Positions 21,022 to 31,616 are shown, counted from the stretch's first letter. The stretch: DNA of 64,000 nucleotides from Minisyncoccota bacterium (GCA_051306005.1 JBPPMJ010000006.1:91296-155295); one strand, 5' to 3'. The notes: generated from the sequence alone by a model not told the origin. Made by a program: numbers and translations.

Positions 21022-22293
21022 ATGCGCGACACTTTTTTCAGTATTTTTGGTATCAAAGAACTACGGAATAAAATTCTTTTTATTCTTGGTTTGCTTGTGG
21101 TATATCGTATTGTGGCCAATATTCCGTTACCCGGAGTGGATGTAGTCGCTTTGCGTCGTCTTTTTGAAGATAATGCATTTTTGGGATTACTGAATATATT
21201 TTCTGGGGGAGGACTTTCCAATATTTCTGTGGTTCTGTTGGGTGTCGCGCCGTATATCACTGCTTCTATTATTATGCAGTTGTTAACGACTATTGTGCCT
21301 AGCATGGAACGTGTATATAAAGAAGAAGGTGAAACAGGGCGTCAAAAGTTTAATATGTGGACACGTTGGCTAACTTTACCGTTAGCTTCTTTACAGGCTT
21401 TTGGTATGTTGTCATTATTGAAATCGCAGAATATTTTAGGAGAAATGTCATCATTTTCTTTGACAGTGATTATTATCAGTGCCGTAGCTGGCACGATTTT
21501 TCTTATGTGGCTTGGAGAGCTGATTACTGAAAAGGGTCTAGGGAATGGAATATCTGTTATTATCTTTGCGGGTATCGTGTCCAGCCTACCTTCAGGAATT
21601 TCACGTTTTATTGCCGTATGGGATCCTTCCCAGATCTTTGTGTACGCATTATTTGTTTTGATGGCGACCATTACTATAGCTGGCGTTATTTTTATCAATG
21701 AAGGTCAGCGCACTATTCCGGTAGCATATGCCAAACGGGTACGTGGAGCTCAGGCGTATGGTGGATCGGCGACACATTTGCCGTTGCGTGTGAATCAGGC
21801 GGGAGTCATTCCCATTATTTTTGCCGTATCATTGATACTTATTCCGACCATGATAGCCAATTTTTTTGCACGAAGTGATAGTGCTCAGATAGCGGGCGTT
21901 GCATCGACTATCAGCATTTGGTTGCAGGATCAGTGGATATACGGTATAGCCTATTTTGTTTTAGTGGTGCTTTTTACATATTTTTATACTGCGGTAGTTT
22001 TTGATCCAATAAAAATTTCAGAGAATTTACAAAAACAAGGGGGGTATATACCAGGCATTCGCCCAGGAAACATGACAGCAGACTATCTTTACCATATCAT
22101 TAATCGTATTACGTTGGCTGGGGCGATTTTTCTTGGAGCGATTGCTGTTCTTCCTTTTGTTATTCAGGGCATCACGGGTATTCAGGCACTTTCCATTGGA
22201 GGTGTGAGTATACTCATTGTCGTGTCGGTGGTACTTGAAACGGTCAAGCATATCCAAAGTCAATTGATGATGCGCAGTTACGAGACTTTTTAA
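21022..22293 (+). CDS. secY: Preprotein translocase subunit SecY
   Basis: 10-TM protein of 423 aa. GVAPYITASIIMQLL and GLGNGISVIIFAGIV motifs. Confidence 0.95.
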   Translation: MRDTFFSIFGIKELRNKILFILGLLVVYRIVANIPLPGVDVVALRRLFEDNAFLGLLNIFSGGGLSNISVVLLGVAPYITASIIMQLLTTIVPSMERVYKEEGETGRQKFNMWTRWLTLPLASLQAFGMLSLLKSQNILGEMSSFSLTVIIISAVAGTIFLMWLGELITEKGLGNGISVIIFAGIVSSLPSGISRFIAVWDPSQIFVYALFVLMATITIAGVIFINEGQRTIPVAYAKRVRGAQAYGGSATHLPLRVNQAGVIPIIFAVSLILIPTMIANFFARSDSAQIAGVASTISIWLQDQWIYGIAYFVLVVLFTYFYTAVVFDPIKISENLQKQGGYIPGIRPGNMTADYLYHIINRITLAGAIFLGAIAVLPFVIQGITGIQALSIGGVSILIVVSVVLETVKHIQSQLMMRSYETF

Positions 22294-22307
22294 GGAATAT
22301 ACGTACC

Positions 22308-22976
22308 ATGTTTATTCAAAATTGTGTGCTTCTCGGTCCACCAGGGAGCGGAAAAAGTACCCAAGCGGAACGTTTGAGAAAAGTTTTTGATTTGGCACAT
22401 ATTGATATTGGATCGGAATTGCGTGCCGCTGCCGAAGAGGATACGCCTTTGGGACACCAGTTGAATGAAATTATCCATCTCCGTCGTGAATTGGTTCCAG
22501 ATTCCATTGTCTCTTCGGTGTTACAAAATGCATTGAAAAGCGTCCCGGCAGAGAAGTGTATTTTAATTGATGGTGCACCACGTTGTTTTTCTCAGATTCA
22601 AGCAGTTTTACAAGTTGCTGAAAACGCACAACATCCTATCGCTCAGGTTATTTACTTGCATCTTTCCGAAGAAGTGTCCATTGAACGTATCTCAAAACGC
22701 TATATCTGTTTTGGATGTCGTCAATCTTTTGTTTTTTCGACAGAACCATCATTCACACAGACCATTTGTGAGTATTGTGGCGGAAAAATTGGCCGACGCA
22801 AGGATGATACGCCTGAAGGAGTGCGCAAACGTTATCAGGTTTTTTATGCGGAGACATTTCCGGTAATAGAATATTTTTCACAGCGTGGTATGTTGGTGAC
22901 TATCGATGGTAGTCAGGATGCGGAGAAAATTTTTCAAGATATTGTCATGCATATTGATATATCAAAAAAAATATGA
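22308..22976 (+). CDS. adk: Adenylate kinase with a zinc-binding LID
   Basis: LLGPPGSGKSTQAERL P-loop. CFGCRQ...CEYCGG Cys4 LID. Confidence 0.93.
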   Translation: MFIQNCVLLGPPGSGKSTQAERLRKVFDLAHIDIGSELRAAAEEDTPLGHQLNEIIHLRRELVPDSIVSSVLQNALKSVPAEKCILIDGAPRCFSQIQAVLQVAENAQHPIAQVIYLHLSEEVSIERISKRYICFGCRQSFVFSTEPSFTQTICEYCGGKIGRRKDDTPEGVRKRYQVFYAETFPVIEYFSQRGMLVTIDGSQDAEKIFQDIVMHIDISKKI

Positions 22977-23746
22977 ATAAACAATGGATCAAAACTGCTG
23001 ATGAAATGGCGCGTTTACGCGAGTCTGGAAAGCGTTTGGCGGAGGTGTTAGCATTAGTCATGGCTACTGTTGCTCCTGGTATTTCCACTCTTGATTTGGA
23101 TATTTTGGCTGAAAAATTGATCCGTGAAATTGGCGGTATTCCAATTTTTAAAGGATATGGTGCAGGATCGGGTCGTCCATTTCCAGCATCTCTTTGTACG
23201 TCTTTGAATGATGAAGTTGTGCATGGCATTCCGAGTGCGACGCGTATTATTCGTGCTGGTGATATCGTTAAGCTTGACATTGGACTGCGTTTTGAAGGGA
23301 TGATAACCGATATGGCGCGGACTGTTTGCGTTGGTCCTGTAGACGCAGAAATTGATGCGTTGGTGCAAGTAACGGAAGAGAGCTTGCGTCGAGGTATCAG
23401 TGCTTTACGGCCAGGAGAACGCATTGATAGATATGCCAAAGCAGTACAAGATTTTGTTGAAGCAAATGGTTTCACCGTGGTACGCGATCTCGTGGGACAT
23501 GGGGTGGGACACGAGCTTCATGAAGAACCGCAGGTGCCAAATTATGTGTCACGCGCCTTGCATAACTTTGTTGTGTTACCAGGTATGGCATTGGCCTTGG
23601 AGCCTATGGTGAACAAAGGCACCTTTGAAGTTGAGATAGCACCAGATCATTGGACTTTTGTGACTGCTGATGGAGAATGGAGCGCTCATTTTGAGGATAC
23701 CATCATTATGACAGAACAGGGTGTGGAAATAGTCACTCGTCCATAA
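22973..23746 (+). CDS. map: Methionine aminopeptidase, type I
   Basis: Pita-bread fold motifs (VVHGIP, DIVKLDIG, GHGVGHELHEEP). ATGA overlap with adk. Confidence 0.93.
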   Translation: MNKQWIKTADEMARLRESGKRLAEVLALVMATVAPGISTLDLDILAEKLIREIGGIPIFKGYGAGSGRPFPASLCTSLNDEVVHGIPSATRIIRAGDIVKLDIGLRFEGMITDMARTVCVGPVDAEIDALVQVTEESLRRGISALRPGERIDRYAKAVQDFVEANGFTVVRDLVGHGVGHELHEEPQVPNYVSRALHNFVVLPGMALALEPMVNKGTFEVEIAPDHWTFVTADGEWSAHFEDTIIMTEQGVEIVTRP

Positions 23747-23773
23747 GCATGCTCTACGTATCAAAAGAGATAT

Positions 23774-24190
23774 ATGAATTACCTAGGGATTGATTGGGGA
23801 TTAAAGAAAGTAGGCCTCGCTCTCGCTCATGAAGAAACTGGCGTTGCCCTTCCGTATGGAGTCTTGGTAAATGACCATCTACTTCTCAAACATTTGAAAG
23901 AAGTGATAGTGTTAGAAAATGTGAGTACGATTGTTATGGGAAGCCCTGGATATGCGGAATCGAGTGTTTCATGGGAAGCGAACCAACGGTTTGTGCGTTC
24001 TCTAAAGCAAGTCTTGTCCTTAAAGATCGTGTATCAAAATGAGATGTTTACAACCAAATCAGCGCATCGAAACCTGGTGCAGCGCGGTATGAAAAATATA
24101 GCACAGCATGATGATGAAGAATCGGCACGAATTATTTTACAGGAATGGCTTGATAAAAAAAGAGATATATTTTCCTCGGAGACAATGTAA
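23774..24190 (+). CDS. ruvX: Holliday junction resolvase-like / pre-16S rRNA nuclease YqgF (RuvX)
   Basis: N-terminal LGIDWGLKKVGLALA (RNase H-like YqgF signature). 138 aa. Confidence 0.85.
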   Translation: MNYLGIDWGLKKVGLALAHEETGVALPYGVLVNDHLLLKHLKEVIVLENVSTIVMGSPGYAESSVSWEANQRFVRSLKQVLSLKIVYQNEMFTTKSAHRNLVQRGMKNIAQHDDEESARIILQEWLDKKRDIFSSETM

Positions 24191-24255
24191 CAATGCGCGT
24201 ATGCATATCATTTAGGGTATGCTATACTTAAAAAGTAATATATGATTTTTCGTGT

Positions 24256-25020
24256 ATGGAACAGCCGTTTCTTTCGGTTATCGTACCGGCATACAAAGAA
24301 GGAGAACGCATTGGGCGCAATTTATTGGAAATTGACCGATATTTGAAGGGTAAAAGTTATACGTATGAGATTCTGGTGATAGTGGATGGATCACCGGATA
24401 ATACCGCTGAAGTGGCGCATAATTATTCTTTACAAATTCCTGACTTACGAGTTATCAACAATGAACAGAATCACGGTAAAGGGTATGTGGTGCGACAAGG
24501 ACTTTTGGAAGCAAAAGGCAAGTGGCGTCTTTTTTTGGATGCGGACGGATCGACATCTATCACTCATTTGGATATCGCCTCCAGCTATTTTGATGACGGA
24601 TATGATGTAATTATTGGATCACGCAAGATTGATGGATCGCTTATTCAGGTGCACCAGCCCAAATATCGAGAAATTTTTGGAGAAGGTGGAAACTGGCTCA
24701 TTCGTATCGTACTTGGACTTTGGAGTTATCCAGATACTCAATGTGGTTTCAAGGTCGTTTCGGATGTTGCTGCCAAAGAAGTGGCATCACGTATGGTTAT
24801 TAATCGTTTCGGTTTTGATTTTGAACTCATCGCTTTGGCATCAAAACTTGGTTTTAAAATTAAGCAGATACCAGTACACTGGATGAACGAAGAGGGGTCA
24901 ACAGTCAGTTTGACTGGTCCAAATGGCTTTATACAAGTGTTGATCGACTTGTTCAAAACGAAAATACGTCTTATGATAGGAAGGTATCATATTCGAGAAT
25001 ATAAAAAAAGAATGATATAG
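24256..25020 (+). CDS. Family 2 glycosyltransferase (dolichyl/polyprenyl-phosphate sugar synthase-like)
   Basis: LSVIVPAYKEGERIG...VIVDGSPDNT...FLDADGS (DxD) GT-A fold motifs. Confidence 0.8.
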   Translation: MEQPFLSVIVPAYKEGERIGRNLLEIDRYLKGKSYTYEILVIVDGSPDNTAEVAHNYSLQIPDLRVINNEQNHGKGYVVRQGLLEAKGKWRLFLDADGSTSITHLDIASSYFDDGYDVIIGSRKIDGSLIQVHQPKYREIFGEGGNWLIRIVLGLWSYPDTQCGFKVVSDVAAKEVASRMVINRFGFDFELIALASKLGFKIKQIPVHWMNEEGSTVSLTGPNGFIQVLIDLFKTKIRLMIGRYHIREYKKRMI

Positions 25021-25023
25021 CAT

Positions 25024-26097
25024 TTGAATAATGTTACTGAGATTTTGACAAAAACAAATTTTATAAACATGTCTCAAGTCGACGAAAAAAACATACAAAA
25101 AATCTCTAATCGACAATCTGAGTTACGTCAGGATATCGTCACTGGAGATTGGGTAGTCATTGCGACTGGTCGTGCTAAACGACCGGATGAGTTTGCAAAT
25201 TTTACGCGTATTGCACCAGACTATTCCCATGATCCATTTGAGGATCCAGAAGAGAGTGGACAGGAGAAAGACACGTTGATTTATCGGCGTGATGATGGTG
25301 ATTGGAGTTTGCGTGTATTTCCGAATAAATATCCAGCTCTTTCTGTGGGACGCGTGCCTCGTGAAATGAACGAAGGACCATATTTTTCCTTGTCCGGTAC
25401 TGGGTATCATGAAGTGATTGTGACACGAGACCCTGTCCGTTCTTTGGCTTTACTAGATGTTTGGCAAGTGGCAGAAGTGTTTGACGCTTTTCAGGAACGT
25501 TATTTAACGCTGATGAACAAAAAAAGCGTGCGTTATATTCAAATATTTCACAATCACGGTCAAGAATCAGGCGCTTCCATTGCGCACCCCCATTCTCAAT
25601 TGTTGGCTATTCCAGTTATCTCACCTTACCTTACTCTTGAGCTTTCTGGTGCGAATCGCTATCACAAAAGCACCAAGCACAATGTTTACCAGGTAATGAT
25701 AGATTATGAACATGAAGCAAAAAAACGAGTGGTATATGAGAATGAACACTTCATCGCGTTTTGTCCTTTTGCTTCGCGAGTCGCCTTTGAAGTATGGGTG
25801 ATTGGCAAGCGTCCTAATCCCTACTTTGAACGTATCACGGACGAAGAGAAGTTTGCTCTGGCCGAAATTATGCAAAAAGTGTTATTGAGTCTCTATCGAG
25901 GTTTGAATGATCCTCCTTATAATTTTTATATTCATACGGCTCCTTGTGATGGTCAAGATTATGTTGCTTATCAATGGCATATTGAAATTTTACCACATAC
26001 CGCTGTGTGGGCGGGATTTGAACTGTCTACAGGTATAGAAATTTCTACTATTCAGCCGGAAAAAGCAGCGGAGTATCTGAGAACACAGGGAGAATGA
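25024..26097 (+). CDS. Galactose-1-phosphate uridylyltransferase (GalT) family / HIT-like nucleotidyltransferase
   Basis: HPHSQL (HxHxQ) active-site motif and a two-domain GalT-like architecture. 357 aa. Confidence 0.7.
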   Translation: MNNVTEILTKTNFINMSQVDEKNIQKISNRQSELRQDIVTGDWVVIATGRAKRPDEFANFTRIAPDYSHDPFEDPEESGQEKDTLIYRRDDGDWSLRVFPNKYPALSVGRVPREMNEGPYFSLSGTGYHEVIVTRDPVRSLALLDVWQVAEVFDAFQERYLTLMNKKSVRYIQIFHNHGQESGASIAHPHSQLLAIPVISPYLTLELSGANRYHKSTKHNVYQVMIDYEHEAKKRVVYENEHFIAFCPFASRVAFEVWVIGKRPNPYFERITDEEKFALAEIMQKVLLSLYRGLNDPPYNFYIHTAPCDGQDYVAYQWHIEILPHTAVWAGFELSTGIEISTIQPEKAAEYLRTQGE

Positions 26098-26903
26098 CTG
26101 CTATAAAAAAAAGTATGCGAAGTTTTTATGTGATTGGAAATTTAAAAATGAATCTCGTTTCACGAGAAGAAGCGGAACAATACCTCGCAGTGCTTTCACG
26201 CGAGATGGATGGCAAGAGATATTCGGCGGTCAAAGGGGTGATATGTCCGCCCTTTGTCTATCTTTCCTTGTTTGATCGTTTACCAAGTACTCTTGCCAAG
26301 GGTGCGCAAGATGTTTTTCCGGAAAAAAGTGGGGCTTATACTGGTGAAGTCTCTCCCACGATGTTAAAAAATGAAAAGGTGGAGTACGTTATTATTGGTC
26401 ACAGCGAACGTAGAAAATATGCCAATGAAACAGACGCTATTATCAAGGAAAAAGTGCTGGCAACATTGAAGAGCTATCTTATACCTGTAGTCTGTATTGG
26501 TGAAACACAGGCAGAAAAAACAGCGGAACTGACAGACCAGGTACTGTCTACACAAGTACGTAGTATTTTTTCGAATCTCTCTAAATTGCAGGCTGAAAAA
26601 ATTATTCTCGCCTATGAACCGCGTTGGGCGATTGGTACCGATATCATACCGACAACTGACGAGATTGCACATGTCAGAATGCTACTACAACGGCTCTGTA
26701 TAGAACTGTTTGACAAGCAAACGGCTGATCGCATGGTTGTGATTTATGGGGGATCTGTGAAGAGCGCTTTTTTAGGCGCAGTATCATGGAAGGCACATAT
26801 GAATGGAGTGTTAGTAGGTCGTGAGAGTCTGTTTCCTTATGAGTTGGTGAAGATGATGGGTCTTTTTGAAGCTGAAGCGGTGCGTGAGGACGCGGAGAAA
26901 TAA
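26094..26903 (+). CDS. tpiA: Triosephosphate isomerase
   Basis: NLKMN, IIGHSERR and YEPRWAIGT motifs. ATGA overlap with the upstream gene. Confidence 0.9.
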   Translation: MTAIKKSMRSFYVIGNLKMNLVSREEAEQYLAVLSREMDGKRYSAVKGVICPPFVYLSLFDRLPSTLAKGAQDVFPEKSGAYTGEVSPTMLKNEKVEYVIIGHSERRKYANETDAIIKEKVLATLKSYLIPVVCIGETQAEKTAELTDQVLSTQVRSIFSNLSKLQAEKIILAYEPRWAIGTDIIPTTDEIAHVRMLLQRLCIELFDKQTADRMVVIYGGSVKSAFLGAVSWKAHMNGVLVGRESLFPYELVKMMGLFEAEAVREDAEK

Positions 26904-26925
26904 TTCACGGAGAATATATAAAACT

Positions 26926-27783
26926 ATGCTGGCGAATGTCAAAATATTATTAGAAGAAGCCAAAGCGGGTCAATATGCTGTTGGGGCTTTCAATACCGTA
27001 AATCTGGAGACTACCCGTGCCATTATTGAAACAGCAGTAGAGTGCTCTTCTCCGGTTATTGTACAGGTGACTGAAAAAACATTTGATTATGCTGGCGCAC
27101 GCGCTATCTTTCATCTCATTAAGAATATGGCAGAATTTTATGCCAAAGATATTCCTATCGGTATTCATTTAGATCACGGAAAAAATTTTGAAGTTGTCAA
27201 ACGTGCGATGGACATTGGTTTCGGTTCCGTCATGTATGATGGTTCGCGTCAAGAGTATGCGGAAAATATATTCATGACTAAAAAAATCGTTGATATCGCA
27301 CATGGACGCGGTATCGTGGTGCAGGCAGAGTTGGGTAATGTTCCCTATCTCGGGGAAATACAAATGGAAAATATGGATTGGGAACAATACATGACTGACC
27401 CAGGTCAAGCTGAACAATTTGTCCAAGAGACAGGCATAGACACGCTGGCAGTTGCTATTGGAAATGCGCATGGATTTTTTCGTGAACGAAGTGTGCCTGA
27501 CTATGAACGCTTGGTCGCTATTAGAAAACGGGTAGAGGTACCATTGGTATTGCATGGTGCATCGGATTGGGAAAGTGATCGTGTACAAGAGGTTATTCAC
27601 CGAGGCATTAGTTGTTTCAATGTGGATACGGCTATCAGGCTGGCATTTATTAGGGGATTGCGTTTTGCTCTTCAAGAAGAAAATGAGACGGATTTACGAA
27701 AAGTATTGGGTCAAGCTAAAGCGTACACTAAAGAAGCGGTGAAAGAAAAAATATTGGCATTCAGGAGTTCGGGGAAAGCATAA
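26926..27783 (+). CDS. fba: Fructose-bisphosphate aldolase, class II
   Basis: GQYAVGAFN, HLDHGK and LHGASD motifs. The start is at the internal ATG after the tpiA stop. Confidence 0.88.
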   Translation: MLANVKILLEEAKAGQYAVGAFNTVNLETTRAIIETAVECSSPVIVQVTEKTFDYAGARAIFHLIKNMAEFYAKDIPIGIHLDHGKNFEVVKRAMDIGFGSVMYDGSRQEYAENIFMTKKIVDIAHGRGIVVQAELGNVPYLGEIQMENMDWEQYMTDPGQAEQFVQETGIDTLAVAIGNAHGFFRERSVPDYERLVAIRKRVEVPLVLHGASDWESDRVQEVIHRGISCFNVDTAIRLAFIRGLRFALQEENETDLRKVLGQAKAYTKEAVKEKILAFRSSGKA

Positions 27784-27801
27784 AAATTAATGATATCAGA
27801 T

Positions 27802-28815
27802 ATGAATAAAACAAGGGTTGCAATCAATGGTTTTGGACGTATTGGGCGGGCAGCTTTTAAAATCGCTTTTGCGAGACCAGATATAGAAGTAGTAGCTATC
27901 AATGATTTGACCAATGCAAAAATTTTAGCTCATTTACTGCGTTATGATACCGCGTATGGACACTATCATAAAAATGTGATTGTCACGGCAGAAGGTATAG
28001 CTGTAGACGGGATAACTATTCCTGTGTACGCGGAACCTGATCCAAAAAAACTTCCGTGGAATAGTCTTCGTGTGGATGTGGTATTGGAATGTACGGGACG
28101 TTTTACAGATCAGGGTTCTGCTGGACAACATATCTTGGCTGGAGCGAAGAAAGTGGTTTTGTCCGCTCCGGCAAAAGGAGAAGATACCTCTATTCCCACG
28201 TTTCTCATCGGCGTGAATGAAGAAGAGTATCAGGGACAAACCATTGTGTCCAATGCATCGTGTACAACCAATTCTCTGGCTCCTGTAGCAAAAATTCTGC
28301 AAGATGTCTTTGGAATTGACAAGGCGTTAATGACGACCATTCATTCTTATACAGCGGATCAGAATCTCCAGGATGGTCCGCACAATGATTTGCGACGCGC
28401 GCGTGCTGCGGCACAGAATATCGTCCCTACTACGACTGGCGCGGCCATCGCGGTCACACAGACCATCCCAGAACTCAATGGACATTTTGATGGTATTTCT
28501 GTGCGTGTTCCCACTTTGGTTGTTTCACTTTCTGATTGTACCTTTTTGTTAAAAAGAAAAACAACCAAAGGAGAAGTAAATCAAATATTGAAGGATGCTA
28601 GCATAAGTCCTCGTTATCAAAAAGTGTTGGCAGTGACGGACGAACCACTGGTGTCATCGGATTTTATTGGCAGTCAGTATTCGAGCGTCGTCGATCTCTC
28701 TCTGACAAAAGTGGTAGATGGTGATCTTGTGAAAATCGTGGCTTGGTACGATAATGAATGGGGATATTCAAATCGTTTGATAGAGATGATACAGCATATT
28801 TGTAAAATCTTATGA
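27802..28815 (+). CDS. gap: Glyceraldehyde-3-phosphate dehydrogenase
   Basis: INGFGRIGR Rossmann motif and SNASCTTNSLAP active site. An alternative ATG lies at 27790. Confidence 0.93.
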   Translation: MNKTRVAINGFGRIGRAAFKIAFARPDIEVVAINDLTNAKILAHLLRYDTAYGHYHKNVIVTAEGIAVDGITIPVYAEPDPKKLPWNSLRVDVVLECTGRFTDQGSAGQHILAGAKKVVLSAPAKGEDTSIPTFLIGVNEEEYQGQTIVSNASCTTNSLAPVAKILQDVFGIDKALMTTIHSYTADQNLQDGPHNDLRRARAAAQNIVPTTTGAAIAVTQTIPELNGHFDGISVRVPTLVVSLSDCTFLLKRKTTKGEVNQILKDASISPRYQKVLAVTDEPLVSSDFIGSQYSSVVDLSLTKVVDGDLVKIVAWYDNEWGYSNRLIEMIQHICKIL

Positions 28816-29927
28816 CAAGAAATCATGTTGAAAAAGAGACTGTCGATATTGTTCAGCGGTTGCAGGAAATCGCTAATTTGAAGCTTGGCATGCTTTCTGA
28901 CGATGAAGTGCTCAGTCTTTTATCGGAGCGGGCACAGTTACTCATACGTGAAGCTGAAGAAAAACGACAGGAAGTGGAAGAGAAGCAACGTGAAGCAGAA
29001 CGCAAGCGGCAGGAAGCGGAATTGGCTGAAAAGCAACGCTTGGCTAATGAACAGATAATGACTCTTCGGCAAGAAATTGCGCTTCTAAATCAATCTATTT
29101 CACCAGAAAAGTCAGATAATGAGTTATTGGTATTTGTGAAACAGCGGAAAGAGTTGGAAGAGAGACTGGAGCATCTGGAAAGTGAATCAACGAATGTATC
29201 AAGTTCCGTTGCTCATCCTATTGAGACGGAACATCTTCCCACATCGCCAATATTGCCGGTAGATATGTCGACACTGACACAAGGAAACACTGCGACGTCG
29301 AAGGCTCATGAAATATCGTCATCTCTTTCCTCTGTCGTATCGGTACCATCCGTTGAATCAAAGAATTTTAAGGATGCCTTTCAACCGATTTTTGGCGCGG
29401 AAACCATTGAACAGGATACGTTGCATGAAGATAGTACATTACAACACTATCTAAATCAGCTAAAGAATAATGTGGGATCATTAGGTACTTTTTTACAGGA
29501 AATGCCTTTGGAAGCGAAGGCTCATAAACAATTTATGTTGAAAGTAGCAGAGTTAGACCCGGCTTACGCGATGCATTATGCAGATAAGACTCTGAAAATG
29601 AATGAGAGTTTTAATGTGCGTATCGCTGCTATGAAGAATCCGCGCAATTCTGGGAATCCTTTGGCTGAAATGTTACCAGAAGCACGGACCTCTCGGGTAG
29701 TTTTGACGGCAGTGCGTCAGGATTATCGTAATGTAAAGTTTGTGCAACCGACAATGGAAGATTATGATGAGATATTGCGTATCGCAAAAATGGCCACGTT
29801 GAAAAAGGTACAAGAATTACAAGAAGCGGTAGATATCACGCTCATAGTGCCACGTCCGTTATCACAAGATAAGCGATTTATGGAGCAGGTATATGCCGTG
29901 ATAGCTCAACAGCAGAACAAGGAGTAA
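28812..29927 (+). CDS. Hypothetical protein with an N-terminal coiled-coil (EEKRQEVEEKQREAERKRQEAELAEKQR)
   Basis: 371-aa ORF with ATGA overlap to gap. No recognisable catalytic motifs. Confidence 0.5.
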   Translation: MTRNHVEKETVDIVQRLQEIANLKLGMLSDDEVLSLLSERAQLLIREAEEKRQEVEEKQREAERKRQEAELAEKQRLANEQIMTLRQEIALLNQSISPEKSDNELLVFVKQRKELEERLEHLESESTNVSSSVAHPIETEHLPTSPILPVDMSTLTQGNTATSKAHEISSSLSSVVSVPSVESKNFKDAFQPIFGAETIEQDTLHEDSTLQHYLNQLKNNVGSLGTFLQEMPLEAKAHKQFMLKVAELDPAYAMHYADKTLKMNESFNVRIAAMKNPRNSGNPLAEMLPEARTSRVVLTAVRQDYRNVKFVQPTMEDYDEILRIAKMATLKKVQELQEAVDITLIVPRPLSQDKRFMEQVYAVIAQQQNKE

Positions 29928-29958
29928 ATTTTTTTTGTGATGATATCATCCGGATACT

Positions 29959-31554
29959 ATGTACGATATTCTTATTAGAAACGGCACCGTTATTGACGGG
30001 AGCGGACGTCCGATGTATCGTGCCGATATAGCGATACAGGAGGATTTTATCGTTGCCATTGGAGACCTATCAACCGCTCGAGCAGAATGTTATATTGATG
30101 CGACCGATCAATATATAACGCCAGGTTTCATTGATGTAAATAACCATTCTGATACCTATTGGCAGTTACTTACCAATCCGGATTTGGAGAGTTTGGTGCA
30201 TCAGGGTATTACGACTATTATTGGTGGAAATTCAGGTGCTTCATTGGCACCACTGACCAGTCCCAATGTGATTCGTTCCATTCAAAAGTGGACTGACATC
30301 GAGAAAATCACTTTTAATTGGTTGACGATCAAGGAATTTTTGCGAGCTTTGGAATTGCGTCGTCCTGCCGTGAATTTTGCAACTTTGGTGGGACATGGAA
30401 CTATGCGGCGTGGCGTAATGTACGATAAGACGCGTGCTATAACGCCAGATGAGATAGAGAGTATGCAACGTATTTTACGAACTGCTTTGCAGGAAGGGGC
30501 AATCGGTTTGTCAACGGGATTGAAGTATACGCATGCGCGTGGTGTTGGAGCACGTGAGTTACTTGCTTTGTCCAGGGTAGTGGCTAGCGAAAAAGGCGTG
30601 TATGTCACATATGTACGTGATGAAGAAGAAGATTTGGTCAAGGCGGTTGAAGAAGCAATCGATATTGCGCGTCAGGCTGATATCCCTCTGCACATTTCGC
30701 ATCTGAAAGCGGTAGGACAAAAAAATTGGCCACTGATGGATACAGTGTTCCATCGTATTGAGACAGCGGTCTTGGACAAGATTGACATCAGTTTTGATGT
30801 GTACCCCTATACTACGACCGGATCCGTCCTCTATACATTTTTACCGGAGTGGATTACGCAGGATGGTCGCATGATGATGTTAGAACGTTTGAAAGATGTA
30901 AGTGTGAGAAACACTGTGTTACGTGATATGCGCAATAGTACAATAGATTATTCTCAATTGATTATCGCCACCTCTGCGTTGAGTAAGATGCTTACACATC
31001 ATAAAATTTCAGATCTTGCTCGTTCTCAGGGGCGTTCCCCAGAGGAAACGGTACTGAATTTTCTGATAGCGAATAAGGGACACGCTACCGTTTCGTTAGA
31101 AGCGTTGTCCGAAAACAATGTTTTGAAAGCGATTCAACATCCCTTTTCTATCATTTCAAGTAATGGAGCGGGGTACAGTGTAGAGCATGAAAATACTGGT
31201 GAAGTGGTTCATCCGCGTAATTTTGGTACTTTTCCCAAGGTATTTTCCGAATACGTGCGTCGTCAAAAGGCATTGAGTTGGGAAGAGGCGGTGCACAAAA
31301 TGACTGGTAAACCTGCGACAAAATTTCAGCTCAAGCAACGAGGTTTCTTGCAGACTGGATATTTCGCTGATATAGTAGTATTCCATCCAGATATGATTAC
31401 TGATCATGCCACGATGGATCGTCCGTATCAGTATGCAACGGGCATATCATCCCTTGTAATCAACGGAGGAATGGTGATAGAAGAGGGCCATAGAGTAACA
31501 CACAAGCGTTATGGTCAGATATTGCGACGTGTGCAACATTGGTGGGAACGATAG
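29959..31554 (+). CDS. Amidohydrolase family protein, N-acyl-D-amino-acid deacylase (D-aminoacylase)-like
   Basis: N-terminal DILIRNGTVIDGSG...PGFIDVNNHSD metal-dependent hydrolase motifs. 531 aa. Confidence 0.7.
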   Translation: MYDILIRNGTVIDGSGRPMYRADIAIQEDFIVAIGDLSTARAECYIDATDQYITPGFIDVNNHSDTYWQLLTNPDLESLVHQGITTIIGGNSGASLAPLTSPNVIRSIQKWTDIEKITFNWLTIKEFLRALELRRPAVNFATLVGHGTMRRGVMYDKTRAITPDEIESMQRILRTALQEGAIGLSTGLKYTHARGVGARELLALSRVVASEKGVYVTYVRDEEEDLVKAVEEAIDIARQADIPLHISHLKAVGQKNWPLMDTVFHRIETAVLDKIDISFDVYPYTTTGSVLYTFLPEWITQDGRMMMLERLKDVSVRNTVLRDMRNSTIDYSQLIIATSALSKMLTHHKISDLARSQGRSPEETVLNFLIANKGHATVSLEALSENNVLKAIQHPFSIISSNGAGYSVEHENTGEVVHPRNFGTFPKVFSEYVRRQKALSWEEAVHKMTGKPATKFQLKQRGFLQTGYFADIVVFHPDMITDHATMDRPYQYATGISSLVINGGMVIEEGHRVTHKRYGQILRRVQHWWER

Positions 31555-31616
31555 TACCCATTACTATATAACATTACGCAGGTGTTTTTTTTGAGTGTTA
31601 GGCTTTTTGAAGTTCT

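Noticed and set aside
22973-28815. Possibility of an alternative genetic code (code 25, TGA=Gly) as in some CPR lineages
   Set aside because: TGA terminates adk, the GalT-like gene, gap and nrdR at lengths matching their families, within ATGA overlaps. Standard code 11 fits.
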